The notes below the pieces were generated by a model. The model had not been told where the DNA came from and ran no database searches. It saw nothing but the letters and a program-made list of their open reading frames with translations. Below, in pieces: positions 62,917-64,000 of a stretch of DNA of 64,000 nucleotides. The DNA comes from Patescibacteria group bacterium (GTDB taxonomy: Bacteria > Patescibacteriota > Minisyncoccia > Moranbacterales > GWC2-37-73), in contig JAKLIO010000001.1 in the NCBI GenBank assembly GCA_022709565.1, forward strand, positions 4,368 through 68,367, written 5' to 3'. The position numbers were made by a program, and so were the translations under genes. The first letter of the stretch is position 1, and each line of letters begins with the position of its first letter.

Positions 62917-63053
62917 TTTTTTTTATTGTCGAACGAAGCGAGCGAAATGAAAACTTGTTTTCATTTCCGAGCGAGTGATGACAACAAAGAGGTAAATACC
63001 GATTTATTACGTAATAAGTTACGTAATATTTATTGAAATTTTTTATTGCTGTT

Positions 63054-63791
63054 TTAGCCGATAATTTTTTCAAAATACATAGCAACAGTTGAAACCCATC
63101 CGGGAGCTCCCGGATCGCCTTTGCAGTTTGTTCCGCATTTCCAAGTGTGAACCATGCTGGCTGGTGTCGTACGATTTTTATTAACCAAGACATCTATGCG
63201 ATCACCAACTATCTGGATAGCTTCTTCAGCGCTGGCAAAACAAGCATAGCCCATGGAAGTGCCTCGCCCCGCAGAACCCTTATAGCCCCAATAGTTGAAG
63301 CAGTCTTGGTCGTTCAATGACGGCGAATGTTCACCAAAACCACTTTCTTTCTTTGCAATAGCCACCAGAAAAGCAGCCGTGCGTTTATCGCGTTTAGCAA
63401 TAAAAGGCACCATCTCCTTGATCGGCGCATCTTCAACAATGGCGTACAATTTTTTGGCAAATTCTCCGGATGAGCCGTCAATCGTATTAAAAGGCTTTTT
63501 TTGTTCTTTTTTGGCGGAATTTACCTGAATATCACCTTTTTCGGAAAAAATTTGAGTTTTTTCCGCAAATAACGGCGACTCTATTTTTTCAGATTCACTT
63601 TTTTCGCTGGCATAAGCATGCGCAAAAAACACAGGCTGGGAGTCCAAAACTTTTGTTCCCACTCCTACTATGATTAATAGCACCGCGAAAATAAGAATGA
63701 CCTTATTTTTCAGAACCGATTTTAAAACTTCCTTGGTTTGCAGATCAGATTCCGAGAACGCTTTTTCCCCTAAATTCAAGGGATCACTCAT
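63054..63791 (-). CDS. hypothetical secreted protein, possibly with a lysozyme-like/transglycosylase fold
   Basis: Has an N-terminal TM. AIAKKESGFGEHS resembles the E-S catalytic block of SLT-type enzymes, but the match is weak. Confidence 0.4.
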   Translation of the reverse strand: MSDPLNLGEKAFSESDLQTKEVLKSVLKNKVILIFAVLLIIVGVGTKVLDSQPVFFAHAYASEKSESEKIESPLFAEKTQIFSEKGDIQVNSAKKEQKKPFNTIDGSSGEFAKKLYAIVEDAPIKEMVPFIAKRDKRTAAFLVAIAKKESGFGEHSPSLNDQDCFNYWGYKGSAGRGTSMGYACFASAEEAIQIVGDRIDVLVNKNRTTPASMVHTWKCGTNCKGDPGAPGWVSTVAMYFEKIIG

Positions 63792-64000
63792 ATAGTATAT
63801 TTAACAATTTAAAAGGTTTCCTGTTTTGGAAACGCAGACTCTAGTGTAGCAAAAAACAATCCTGAGGTCAAACGGGTTATCCACTTTTTCAAGAATTTAT
63901 ATTCTTATTTTTTGCTTTATATAAGCCATTTTTTAATATTGTAAAATAAAAAAGCCCTCAAAGATGGGCTTTTTTAAGATAAAACTTGTCAATATCTGCT

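Noticed and set aside
63877-63884. DnaA-box-like TTATCCAC near the right edge
   Set aside because: It is a single copy, with no cluster of boxes, no adjacent AT-rich unwinding element pattern, and no dnaA or dnaN gene nearby.

Overview
This is an AT-rich, compositionally patchy bacterial window. Single 60-nt lines range from about 18-20% GC (19141, 57121) to about 55-57% GC (44401, 56221). I count roughly 60 protein genes, 4 tRNAs and a tmRNA. Gene content suggests a Candidate-Phyla-Radiation/Patescibacteria-type genome: a pilus/competence cluster, many small orphan genes, four-helix-bundle genes, and insertions inside conserved genes. That placement is inference only, and the standard genetic code applies (TGA is used as a stop).

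Layout:
- 1-1387: ligA, running off the left edge.
- 1.4-12.9 kb: a 13-gene type IV pilus cluster on the minus strand (pilM, N-like, O-like, pilB, CheY-like receiver, pilT, pilC, three pilins, pilD, two pseudopilins), with a divergent comF.
- 14.7-21.4 kb: an integrative element about 6.6 kb long at tRNA-Ser(GCU). It carries a large serine recombinase, a phiX174-type HUH Rep and a nuclease-rich cargo.
- 21.6-24.6 kb: tRNA-Ser(UGA), tRNA-Arg(GCG) and small genes.
- 24.8-43.5 kb: recG, a phosphohexomutase, trpS, rnj, tRNA-Leu, manC, cupin-type pgi, a substrate-binding protein, secG, an AI-2E transporter, an M16 peptidase, a NIF3-like protein and a U32 peptidase.
- 43.7-53.9 kb: GNAT, GerMN, a Cys-rich cluster with arsM, a Gam-like protein, a PurN-like protein and two tandem purD paralogues.
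- 53.9-56.5 kb: smpB-ssrA and infC-rpmI-rplT.
- 56.7-63.8 kb: a very AT-rich 780-aa Cys-repeat membrane protein and miscellaneous genes.

The most unusual signal is not one gene cluster but several families of short palindromic or low-complexity elements:
- One roughly 47-nt element sits in the same reading frame inside both recG and the U32 gene, and also occurs intergenically.
- Other hairpins are inserted in frame in ligA, recG and smpB.
- Inverted-repeat arrays flank the four-helix-bundle (23S-IVS-protein family) genes.
- A 168-bp structured repeat is present in two copies.
- A family of roughly 40-nt hairpins ends in a GGGG Shine-Dalgarno-like tract just upstream of start codons.

No CRISPR array, rRNA or IS transposase is visible.
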